64,000 bases of DNA. Source: Actinomycetes bacterium (GTDB lineage Bacteria > Actinomycetota > Thermoleophilia > Gaiellales > Gaiellaceae). The stretch lies in NCBI GenBank assembly GCA_037142875.1, contig JBAWZV010000002.1, forward strand, positions 145,416 to 209,415, in the 5' to 3' direction. Positions 37,999-45,958 of this stretch are shown here, in pieces. The stretch's first letter is position 1; every line of letters starts with the position of its first letter. A program made the translations under genes and the position numbers. Under the pieces are notes generated by a model. The model did no database searches. It saw only the letters and a program-made list of their open reading frames with translations, and was not told the origin of the DNA.

Positions 37999-38513
37999 CC
38001 GTCGACCTGCGAACGAAAATCCGCGAAGTCCCCGACTTCCCGTCGCCGGGCGTCGGCTTCAAGGACATCACGCCGCTGCTCGCCGACGCCGCCGCGTTGA
38101 AGCAGTCGGTCACCGCCCTGGCGGAGTGGGTGAGAGACAAGCAGCCCGATCTCGTTCTCGGCGCCGAGGCTCGCGGGTTCATCCTGGGCGCGGCTATCGC
38201 CGCCGAGGCAGGGTGCGGTTTCGTGCCGGCCCGGCGTCCCGGCAAGCTGCCGCCCGAGACGGTGAGCGCCAGCTACCTGCTCGAGTATGGCTCGAACTCG
38301 CTCGAGGTTCACCCCGACCTGATCGCGAAGGGCGCGCGCGTTGTGATCCACGACGACGTCCTCGCAACGGGAGGGACTGTCGCCGCGATTCAGGGTCTCG
38401 TGGAGGCTCTCGGGGCGGTTGTCGTGGGCGCGTGCTTCCTGATCGACCTCACGTTCCTTGGAGGCCGCGAGCGGCTCTCCGGGATCGATCTGTACTCGCT
38501 GATCGAGTACTGA
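37995..38513 (+). CDS. apt: adenine phosphoribosyltransferase
   Basis: ATG 37995 overlaps the merR stop (ATGA). Has FPSPGVGFKDITPLL and the PRPP motif VVIHDDVLATGGT. Confidence 0.95.
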   Translation: MTVDLRTKIREVPDFPSPGVGFKDITPLLADAAALKQSVTALAEWVRDKQPDLVLGAEARGFILGAAIAAEAGCGFVPARRPGKLPPETVSASYLLEYGSNSLEVHPDLIAKGARVVIHDDVLATGGTVAAIQGLVEALGAVVVGACFLIDLTFLGGRERLSGIDLYSLIEY

Positions 38514-38740
38514 CCCCGGCGTCGCGCTCTTTCGGGCCACCTGAACCCCTCCAACCGGGGATCTGGAGGCTCATGCGAGCGGTCGATAGAGGTTGGGATG
38601 ACTCCCACGACTCCAGATCCTGACGCGATGCCGAAGGAGACGTCGTCGATCGATTCGTCACGGGCGGGGAGGAAGCGCCTCGAGGCCGTCGTTGGGCCCG
38701 ACCTGGCCCGCTTCCTCGTCGCAGCGCTCTCAGGCGACGG

Positions 38741-38941
38741 TCAGGGCCGGCGCGGCTCGTCTTCGCCGTAGATCCGGACGAAGAGGAAGATCGCGCAGCC
38801 AGCGACGATCGCAATCAGTCCGCCGGTCGCACTCGACTGACCGATCGAGACTCCAGCGAGCCAGATGTAGAAGGTGAAGAGGAGTGCCCATAGAAGCGAG
38901 ACGATTCCGTGCGACATGGCGGGGAAGCGAAGTTTGCTCAT
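38741..38941 (-). CDS. hypothetical two-TM small membrane protein
   Basis: 66-aa ORF with two hydrophobic segments. No Shine-Dalgarno is visible, so it is only moderately supported. Confidence 0.4.
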   Translation of the reverse strand: MSKLRFPAMSHGIVSLLWALLFTFYIWLAGVSIGQSSATGGLIAIVAGCAIFLFVRIYGEDEPRRP

Positions 38942-38954
38942 GGCGGAAGTCTAG

Positions 38955-38976
38955 AAAAAAATTCACCGAGCCGGTG
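38955..38976 (-). terminator. possible intrinsic terminator (minus strand) at the end of repeat copy A
   Basis: The minus strand reads CACCG-GCT-CGGTG followed by AATTTTTTT. The stem is short, so this is tentative. Confidence 0.3.
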
Positions 38977-39063
38977 GCGCTTTCGTCCCCCGAACCTGTT
39001 GGCTTTCCGCTTCCGCGTACAGCCCTCGGGCTCGGCTTCGACCTACTCGCGCTCCGTGCTCGG
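38966..39063. repeat. copy A of an about 99-nt direct repeat with self-complementary ends
   Basis: CCGAGCCGGTGGCGCTTTCGTCC...CGCGCTCCGTGCTCGG. Aligns with copy B at about 80% identity. Differences cluster in two short blocks. Confidence 0.8.
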
Positions 39064-39205
39064 TGCAAGGAGCACAGTACGAGCCGCGACCGCCGAGAGC
39101 AAGGGCCGCTGCGCCGGATTTTGCGCAGTTGGCGCATCTTTCGATAACGCCCGTACGGATGAGCAGTGCGCGCAACATGCTCTACAGAGGTGGGGCCAGG
39201 GTTTC

Positions 39206-39304
39206 GCCGAGCCGGAAGCGCTTTCGTCCACCAAACCAAGTGACGTTTCGCTTCCGTGTACAGCCTCGTCGGTTGGGCTTCGACCTACACGCGCTCCGTG
39301 CTCG
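39206..39304. repeat. copy B of the about 99-nt direct repeat
   Basis: CCGAGCCGGAAGCGCTTTCGTCC...CGCGCTCCGTGCTCGG, exactly 240 nt to the right of copy A. Confidence 0.8.
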
Positions 39305-39545
39305 GCGCAGCGTGAATCTACTCCCGGACGATCGCGAAGATCAAGCGCACCGCCGCCCGCAATGCGCGCACTTTGGGAGAAACGACGCCGAGCAGGGCGG
39401 TGCGGCCTCGACGAGCACGCTTGCCTGACCGGTAGCCGAAATTACGGACTTGACATAACACACGTTATCGTGCAGACCGGAGATCGACGGCGACAGGACG
39501 AGAGACAGTCCCTCAAGTCCCTGCCATGTGCCGCTCACGGCGGGC

Positions 39546-40418
39546 TCAGAGCGGCAGCTGGAGCCCGAGCGCCGGTACAAGGGCGCGAAGCTCGCGCAGC
39601 GCCTTGGTCTCGATCTGGCGGACGCGCTCACGCGTGATGCCAAGATCAGACCCGAGGTCGTCGATCGTCTGCGGCGCCTTGCCGTCGAGCCCGAGGCGAC
39701 GGTTGACGATGTGACGCATCCTCGGCTCGAGACGGCCGAGCGCGTGCGTGAGCTCCTCGTCGTGCTCAGCCTCGGTCATGACGACGTCTGTCACAGGAGC
39801 ACCCGTGTCCTCGATGACGGGGGTGCGGACGAGATTGCCGTCCGCAATCAGCGCGAAGAGCTCGACGACGCGCTCGACGGAGAGACCGGCCTCGCGTGCG
39901 ATCTCGGTGTTCGACGGGTCACGGCTGAGGCTCTGAGCGAGCTGGCGGCGGGCAGCGCTCGCGCGGCGCACCCCGTCGGCGTCATGCGCAGGAAGGTTGA
40001 TCGCGCGGTCCTCGACTGCAAGGGCGCTGGTGATCGCCTGACGGATCCACCACGCTGAAAACAGCGAAAGCTTGAAGCCGAGCGTGTGGTCGAACTTCTC
40101 GACCGCCCGGATGAGACCGAGGTTGCCCTCCTGGATCAGGTCGAGCAGCGGCACTTCGGTGCGCGCATAGCCCCGCGTGATCGACATCACGAGACGCAGG
40201 TTCGACTCGACCAGGATCCGCTTGGCCTTCTCGTCGCCGAGATCCTTACGGCGGGCGAGCTCGCGCTCCTCATCCGCCGTCAGCAGCCGGCCGTCGTTGA
40301 TCTGGCGAACGTAGAGTTTGAGCGGATCAGAGCTCTGCGCGGGCTCGGCGTCGGCAACGGAGACCGCATCGAGCAGGGGCAGGCGCGCAAGCGCCGGCTC
40401 AGAATGCTCGTGACTCAT
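39546..40418 (-). CDS. RpoD-family (group 2-like) RNA polymerase sigma factor, divergent
   Basis: 290 aa. Region 2 ([40 protein letters not shown]) and region 4 ([18 protein letters not shown]) are present. No region 1.1. Confidence 0.9.
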   Translation of the reverse strand: [290 protein letters not shown]

Positions 40419-40756
40419 GATGAATCTCGTGAAGCGCCACAGTTCCTCCCTGGTATCGGAGTTCAGTGTGCGGTTCTTGAGCCGGAAGAAGGTGCCGGGA
40501 AGGTGTGAATGCGGTCTGAGCGCTCGGCGTCCCGTTCCCGTGTCCGCCCCCCTTTCTGCGATCTAGAGATGCGCGGAATCGCCGGATAGAGCTTTTCTAA
40601 GCGGTCTTGTGTCGATCGAACGCTGGCGGCACAGGTGCTTCTGACGTCGATCGCCGAACGTGGCGCAGACGCGGTCGGGTACGCCTACATGACCCCTCGA
40701 ACGGGCGAGCCGACGCTCGTCAAGCAGCGTACTCCGGCGTCCGAGCTGCTCGAGCC

Positions 40757-40912
40757 GCGGTCGCGGCTTCTCGCGCGATCCGGCTCGACTCTGGGCTGGC
40801 GCAGCCCGAGGCCATCGGTGTCTACACCTCGCACGGCTACCTGCCGATCACGTGCCGGGGCTGCTCCGCGACCGATCCGACAAGCGTCTGCTTCGAGAAA
40901 CGTCTCAGCTGA
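40757..40912 (+). pseudogene. C-terminal fragment of a GNAT acetyltransferase (gene remnant)
   Basis: The tail of track ORF 40607..40912 reads ...IRLDSGLAQPEAIGVYTSHGYLPITCRGCSATDPTSVCFEKRLS, which looks like a GNAT C-terminus. The acetyl-CoA-binding core is absent upstream. Confidence 0.3.
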
Positions 40913-41588
40913 GCGTGCCGTCGGCGTGTACCTCGACGCCGTCGGTGAGCAAGGAGCCACGGACGAGGAACTGGAACGTCGCCCAGGCCCCACGCTGCGA
41001 GTCGAAGAGTCGATACACCTGCCACTCGGTCGGAAGCGCCGGGTCGGCACGCCGGGCATCGGCCCAGTCGGCGAACTTCGGCAGGCGACCGATGCGGTGG
41101 GCCAGCGCCACTCCGTGGGTGACCGCCCGGTCAAGGCGCTCCTCGCCGACCGCCACGTCGAAGCCGGCCTCGCGGAGCGCCTCGGTCAGAGAGCCGAAGG
41201 TGTGCCAGTAGAGAGACTTCGACGGGACACGGCCCCGACGCTCGTCGAGGTCGCGAGCCGTTGGTGTCCGCCCGACCTCCTCGCCGACTGCGCGAAGCAC
41301 CGCAACGAGCTCCTCGCGCGTGGCGTGGCGACGCGGCACGAGCCCGGCTGCCCGCTTGGCTGCGTTCCACGTCCCGAAGTGCTCGATCACCGTCTGCGGA
41401 TGCAGCCGTGTGCCCGGGTCGGCCTCGAACTCCTTCATCGTCGGTGAGCGACGCAGGCGCGCGGCCGAGGCGCGCAGCTCGGCGAGGATCTCTGTATCCG
41501 AGTAGCGGCGGCGCATCGCAGCCTGGAACGACGCCAGCTCGGCCGGATCGATCGCCGTCACCGCCGCAAATGGTGCACGCTTAGCCAT
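40905..41588 (-). CDS. protein made of three homing-endonuclease-associated repeats, no nuclease domain
   Basis: ATG 41588 (track start is TTG 41624). Three about 55-aa repeats of the form ...P(T/K)xx(E/D)(F/L/W)......xxxxxxFG(T/S)(W/L)xxAxxxAG (see finding). Confidence 0.6.
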   Translation of the reverse strand: MAKRAPFAAVTAIDPAELASFQAAMRRRYSDTEILAELRASAARLRRSPTMKEFEADPGTRLHPQTVIEHFGTWNAAKRAAGLVPRRHATREELVAVLRAVGEEVGRTPTARDLDERRGRVPSKSLYWHTFGSLTEALREAGFDVAVGEERLDRAVTHGVALAHRIGRLPKFADWADARRADPALPTEWQVYRLFDSQRGAWATFQFLVRGSLLTDGVEVHADGTLS

Positions 41589-41670
41589 CACCAAGCATGT
41601 TAGAGCATGCTGAGGCGAGTGCAAAGCCGATCGAGCGAGTTCGCGTCGGTCGCCGCGGTACCCTCAGGCG

Positions 41671-43029
41671 ATGCTGCTCCCGCTCGAGGTCGCCGTCGCC
41701 CGCGCGGTCGGCTCGCTCTCACGCCTCGCGGGCCGTGGTGGCGGAACGACCCTCCCCGGCAAGCTCCTCTCCCGCGTCGATCCGGGTGCCGTCGGCAGAC
41801 TCGCGGCTCGGCTCCCGCATGGCACCGCCCTCTTCAGCGCAACAAACGGCAAGACAACCACCGTCGCGATGACCGCGGAGATCCTCGCTGGCCGGTCGCT
41901 CGCGTGGAACGACTCGGGCGCAAACCTGCTCTCAGGGGTCACCTCCTCTCTCCTCGCGTCCGGCCAACGCGACCTCGGACTCTTCGAGGTCGACGAGGCT
42001 GCGATCCCCGCGGTCGCACGCCGGCTCTCACCCCGCGTCATCGGCCTCGGCAACCTGTTTCGCGACCAGCTTGACCGCTACGGCGAGCTCGAGTCGATCG
42101 CCGAGCGTTGGCGCGGGGCGCTCGCCGACCTCCCCACCGCTCGCCTCGTCGTGAACGCCGACGACCCACTCCTCGGCGAGCTCGTCCGTGGCCGCAGCGG
42201 CGTCGTCACCTACGGGCTCGACGATCCCACCCAGGCCCGTCCGAGCCTGCAACACGCTGCCGACTCGAAGTACTGCACTGCCTGCGGGACGCCGTACGTC
42301 TACCGCGCGGCGTACGTCGGGCACCTCGGCGACTACCGCTGCCCGTCGTGCGCCCTCGAACGCCTCCCGCTGACCGTCAGGGCCCGCGAGATCGAGCTCC
42401 ACGGCCTCGATGGCTCCCGGTTCCTCCTCGAGACACCTGAGGGCTCAGAGCGCGTCGCACTGGCGCTCCCCGGCCTCTACAACGTCTACAACGCGGTCGC
42501 CGCCGCTGCGCTTGCGGGCGCTCTAGGCGCGACACCCGGGGAGATCGTGGCGGGACTCGACCGGTTTGTCTCGGCGTTCGGCCGGTTTGAGCGGATCGCG
42601 ATCGGTGGCCGCAGCCTGATCCTGCTCCTGATCAAGAACCCGGCGGGGGCGAACGAGGCCGTGCGAACGCTCGTCGAGTCGTCGGCGCCGACGGTCGCTG
42701 TCGTCGCCCTCAACGACGAGATCGCAGACGGCCGCGACATCTCGTGGATCTGGGACGTCGACTTCGAGCCGCTCCTCGCGGGGTTCGATCGCGTCGTCGT
42801 GTCGGGTGGCCGGGCGGCCGAGCTGGCGCTGCGCTTTGCCTACGGAGGTCTCGCCCGCGACCGGATCGAGGTCGTGCCCGAGCTCGAAGAGGCCCTCGAC
42901 CGGGGGCTCGCACTCACCCCGGACGGGGGCGAGCTTGTGGTTCTGCCCACCTACACGGCGATGCTCGCGCTTCGCCGTGTGCTCGCCGCTCGCGGCCACG
43001 TCGAGAACTACTGGAAGCAGGCGAGATGA
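41671..43029 (+). CDS. murT: lipid II isoglutaminyl synthase, Mur-ligase subunit MurT
   Basis: 452 aa. P-loop SATNGKTTT, a four-Cys ribbon (CTACG...CPSC) and a C-terminal DUF1727-like region. Followed by gatD with ATGA overlap. Confidence 0.9.
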   Translation: MLLPLEVAVARAVGSLSRLAGRGGGTTLPGKLLSRVDPGAVGRLAARLPHGTALFSATNGKTTTVAMTAEILAGRSLAWNDSGANLLSGVTSSLLASGQRDLGLFEVDEAAIPAVARRLSPRVIGLGNLFRDQLDRYGELESIAERWRGALADLPTARLVVNADDPLLGELVRGRSGVVTYGLDDPTQARPSLQHAADSKYCTACGTPYVYRAAYVGHLGDYRCPSCALERLPLTVRAREIELHGLDGSRFLLETPEGSERVALALPGLYNVYNAVAAAALAGALGATPGEIVAGLDRFVSAFGRFERIAIGGRSLILLLIKNPAGANEAVRTLVESSAPTVAVVALNDEIADGRDISWIWDVDFEPLLAGFDRVVVSGGRAAELALRFAYGGLARDRIEVVPELEEALDRGLALTPDGGELVVLPTYTAMLALRRVLAARGHVENYWKQAR

Positions 43030-43763
43030 GGATCCGCGTCGGCCACCTCTATCCCGAGTACCTGAACATATACGCCGATCGCGGCAACATCGCCGTGCTC
43101 TCTGCCCGTGCTGCAGTGCGAGGCCACGACCTCGAGGTGATCGCTCTCGGCCTCGGGGACGCGATCCCGGAGATCGACCTCGATCTCGTCTACATCGGCG
43201 GTGGCCAGGACCGCGAGCAGGCGCTGATCGCCCCCGATCTCTTGGCCAAGGGCCCGGCACTCCACGAGGCGGCCGCGGCGGGCACGGCGTTCCTTTCCGT
43301 CTGCGGCGGCTACCAGCTCCTCGGCCATTTCTACCGCGACCAGGCCGGTGCCGAGCTGCCCGGGATCGGTCTCCTCCCGCTCTCCACGACCGCGGGCAAC
43401 CGACGTCTGATCGGCGATGTTCTCCTCGACTGCGCGTGGGCGGACGAGACACTCGTCGGCTTCGAGAACCACGCCGGACTCACCACGCTCGACGCAGGCG
43501 CCGAGCCGCTTGGCCGCGTGCTCGCGGGCCACGGCAACGACGGCACCTCCGGGTTCGAAGGCTGCCGCAGCGGCCGTGTCTACGGCACGTACCTCCACGG
43601 CCCGCTCCTGCCCCGCAACCCGTGGTTCGCCGATCTGCTGCTCACCGCCGCCCTCGAGCACGCAGCCGGCGAGCCAGTGGCACTCACGCCGCTCGACGAC
43701 GGATTCGAGGCTGCCGCGCACGCGCTCGCCTCGTCCCGCGCACGCGCGCGCGGCGGCCGCTAA
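43026..43763 (+). CDS. gatD: lipid II isoglutaminyl synthase, glutaminase subunit GatD
   Basis: ATG 43026 within track ORF 42744..43763. CobQ-type GATase with the nucleophile Cys in SVCGGYQLLG and His in TYLHGP. Confidence 0.9.
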   Translation: MRIRVGHLYPEYLNIYADRGNIAVLSARAAVRGHDLEVIALGLGDAIPEIDLDLVYIGGGQDREQALIAPDLLAKGPALHEAAAAGTAFLSVCGGYQLLGHFYRDQAGAELPGIGLLPLSTTAGNRRLIGDVLLDCAWADETLVGFENHAGLTTLDAGAEPLGRVLAGHGNDGTSGFEGCRSGRVYGTYLHGPLLPRNPWFADLLLTAALEHAAGEPVALTPLDDGFEAAAHALASSRARARGGR

Positions 43764-43772
43764 CGCGGCGGC

Positions 43773-44942
43773 TCAGCTCGCGGCCGGAAGTACCGCGACG
43801 ATCCGGCGGAACTCGTCGCCGCGATGTTCGAAGTTGTCGAACTGGTCGTAGCTCGCACAGGCCGGGCTGAGCAGCACAACATCACCCGCGGTGGCAAGCG
43901 ACGCGGCATGCGCGACGGCGCGCTCGAGCGTGCCGTCGTCGTGAACCGCGCGGCCGACCAGTGCCTCGGCGAGCGACGGGACGGCCTCGCCGATCAGGTG
44001 GATCGAGGTGACGTTCGGTCCGATCGCCACGGCGAGAGGTGCGAAGTCCTCGCCCTTCAGCGAGCCACCGAGGATCAGATGGACGACGTCGCCCCCGTAC
44101 GCTGCCAGGGCGCGCCGTGCCGCAGCGACGTTCGTCGCCTTCGAGTCGTTGACGAACTGCACCCCGCCGCGGACATCGACAGGCTCAAGTCGGTGCGGGA
44201 CGCCTGCGAACGTTGCGAGCGCCGCAGCGATCGCGTCGTCGGGCACTCCCGCGGCGCGGGCAGCTGCGGTCGCGGCCGCGGCGTTCTCGCGGTTGTGCAC
44301 GCCGCGCACGAGCGGCTCTGCCGGCAGGTCATCGACCGCCGAGAACTCGATCCCGTCGAGACCGCTCCCTCGCGGCACAACCTTGGCGCGGGCGCGCTCG
44401 AAGATCCGCAGCTTGGCGTCCTGGTAGGCCTCGAGCGAGCCGTGCCGGTCGAGGTGATCGGGCTCGAGGTTGAGCAGCACGGCGACGTCGCAGGCGAGCG
44501 ACTCGACGTCCTCGAGCTGGAAGCTCGAGAGCTCACAGATCACCCAGTCGACCCCCTCCACGGCCGCAAACGGGCGCCCGACGTTCCCGGCGACGGCGAC
44601 CGTACGGCCCGCCTCCCGGAAGATCTCACCGAGCAGCTCCACCGTCGTCGTCTTGCCGTTCGTTCCGGTCACGCCGACCACACGCACACCGTCCGCCAGC
44701 CCGCGCCATGCGAACTCGACCTCCGACCACACGGGGATTCCCCGCTCCCGCGCGGCGACGACGAGCGGCGCCTCTCCGGGAACGCCCGGGCTCTTCACCA
44801 GGAGCGTTACCCCGTCGAGCAGCGTGAGGTCGTGCTCGTTTCCGAGTGAGCGGTCGGCAAGGACCGCCTCGTCGCCACGCTCGGCCAGCCGCGCTGCGAC
44901 CGCCTTGCCCGACCGGGCCGTCCCGTAGACGAGCGCCTTCAC
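43773..44942 (-). CDS. murD: UDP-N-acetylmuramoylalanine--D-glutamate ligase
   Basis: GTG 44942 overlaps the mraY stop (GTGA). It is the 3' part of track ORF 43773..46133. Has GVTGTNGKTTT and DSKATN motifs. Confidence 0.9.
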   Translation of the reverse strand: MKALVYGTARSGKAVAARLAERGDEAVLADRSLGNEHDLTLLDGVTLLVKSPGVPGEAPLVVAARERGIPVWSEVEFAWRGLADGVRVVGVTGTNGKTTTVELLGEIFREAGRTVAVAGNVGRPFAAVEGVDWVICELSSFQLEDVESLACDVAVLLNLEPDHLDRHGSLEAYQDAKLRIFERARAKVVPRGSGLDGIEFSAVDDLPAEPLVRGVHNRENAAAATAAARAAGVPDDAIAAALATFAGVPHRLEPVDVRGGVQFVNDSKATNVAAARRALAAYGGDVVHLILGGSLKGEDFAPLAVAIGPNVTSIHLIGEAVPSLAEALVGRAVHDDGTLERAVAHAASLATAGDVVLLSPACASYDQFDNFEHRGDEFRRIVAVLPAAS

Positions 44943-45958
44943 TGCGACGGGCGGATCTGCGGGTAGTACTTGTAGAAGAGCGCGAAACCGGCCGCGCAGA
45001 GGATCCCGGTGACAATCCAGAAGCGCACCATGATCTTCGTCTCCGACCACGCCTTCATCTCGAAGTGGTGATGCAGCGGTGCCATCAGAAACACCCGGCG
45101 CCCCCAGTAACGAAACGAGACAACCTGCATGATCACCGACAACGCCTCGATCACGAAGATCCCCCCGACGAGCAGCAGCAGCAGCTCGACCTTGAGGAAG
45201 ATCGCCATCGCGCCCATAGCTCCGCCCAGGGCCATCGCGCCCGTGTCGCCCATGAAGACCTCGGCGGGAAACGCGTTGAACCAGAGGAAGCCGATCGCCC
45301 CGCCGATCACCGCGGCGCCGATGAATGCGGCATCCAGCCGGTTCTCGATACGTAGCCCGTTCGGGCCGCGCGAGCGGATGTAGATCGTCACGGCCATCGC
45401 CGTCATCGTGAAGAGCGCGATGATCGACGTCCCCGCGGCGAGCCCGTCGAGACCGTCGGTGAGGTTCACCGCGTTCGCAGCGCCAGCGATGATGAAGAAC
45501 ACGAGGACGTACCAGCCCCAGCCGAGCGGGATCCAGCGATTCACGACCGGGACGAAGACATCGTGGCGAAGCTGCTGGTGGTGCGCCGCGTAACCGACGG
45601 CGGCGGCGATACCGCCGAGCAGCAGCATCTTCACGCGGCCGGAGAGGCCGAGCGAGCGGCGCTTGCGGAGCTTCATGAAGTCGTCGATGAAGCCGATCAG
45701 CCCGCACGCGAGCATCGTCCCGAAGATCGCGAGCGCCGGCAGCGTTCGCGCGCTCGTCGCCAGGAACGCGACCGAGGCGGCGAGCATGATCAGCAGGCCG
45801 CCCATCGTCGGCGTCCCCTGCTTCGCGTGATGGTGCTGCGGGCCCTCCTCGCGGATCATCTGCCCGAACGAGCGACGACGCAGGAAGGCGATGAACGACG
45901 GGCCGGCGAGAATCGAGATGATGAGCGCGACGAGCGCGGCGATCAGAACGTGTGCCAT
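44939..45958 (-). CDS. mraY: phospho-N-acetylmuramoyl-pentapeptide transferase
   Basis: 339-aa polytopic membrane protein with MraY motifs (K.GTPTMGG, NAVNLTDGLDGLA, VFMGDTG). Confidence 0.95.
   Translation of the reverse strand: MAHVLIAALVALIISILAGPSFIAFLRRRSFGQMIREEGPQHHHAKQGTPTMGGLLIMLAASVAFLATSARTLPALAIFGTMLACGLIGFIDDFMKLRKRRSLGLSGRVKMLLLGGIAAAVGYAAHHQQLRHDVFVPVVNRWIPLGWGWYVLVFFIIAGAANAVNLTDGLDGLAAGTSIIALFTMTAMAVTIYIRSRGPNGLRIENRLDAAFIGAAVIGGAIGFLWFNAFPAEVFMGDTGAMALGGAMGAMAIFLKVELLLLLVGGIFVIEALSVIMQVVSFRYWGRRVFLMAPLHHHFEMKAWSETKIMVRFWIVTGILCAAGFALFYKYYPQIRPSQ

Noticed and set aside
38590-38770. 57-aa plus-strand ORF (MTPTTPDPDAMPKETSS...) after apt
   Set aside because: It is very short and low-complexity, has no SD, and overlaps the 3' end of the convergent membrane ORF. 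The support is insufficient.
38966-39304. CRISPR array
   Set aside because: There are only two copies, the units are about 99 nt (far longer than CRISPR repeats) and only about 80% identical, and no cas genes are present in the window.
38966-39304. Known RNA classes for the repeats (guanidine-II/mini-ykkC because of ACGG motifs and a small membrane ORF downstream; hammerhead because of CGAAAGC; tRNA-like T-arm because of GGTCGAAGCC)
   Set aside because: The ACGG motifs are not in tetraloops of short GC hairpins. No CUGANGA core is present. No flanking stems support a T-arm. None of these folds can be built by hand.
38909-39637. 242-aa plus-strand ORF spanning the repeat region
   Set aside because: Differences between the two repeat copies show no codon periodicity. 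The translation is low-complexity and there is no start context. The region is better explained as non-coding.
40635-41447. 270-aa plus-strand ORF
   Set aside because: Beyond its first about 40 codons (a possible amidotransferase fragment) it runs antisense to the repeat-containing gene 40905..41588 and has no motifs.
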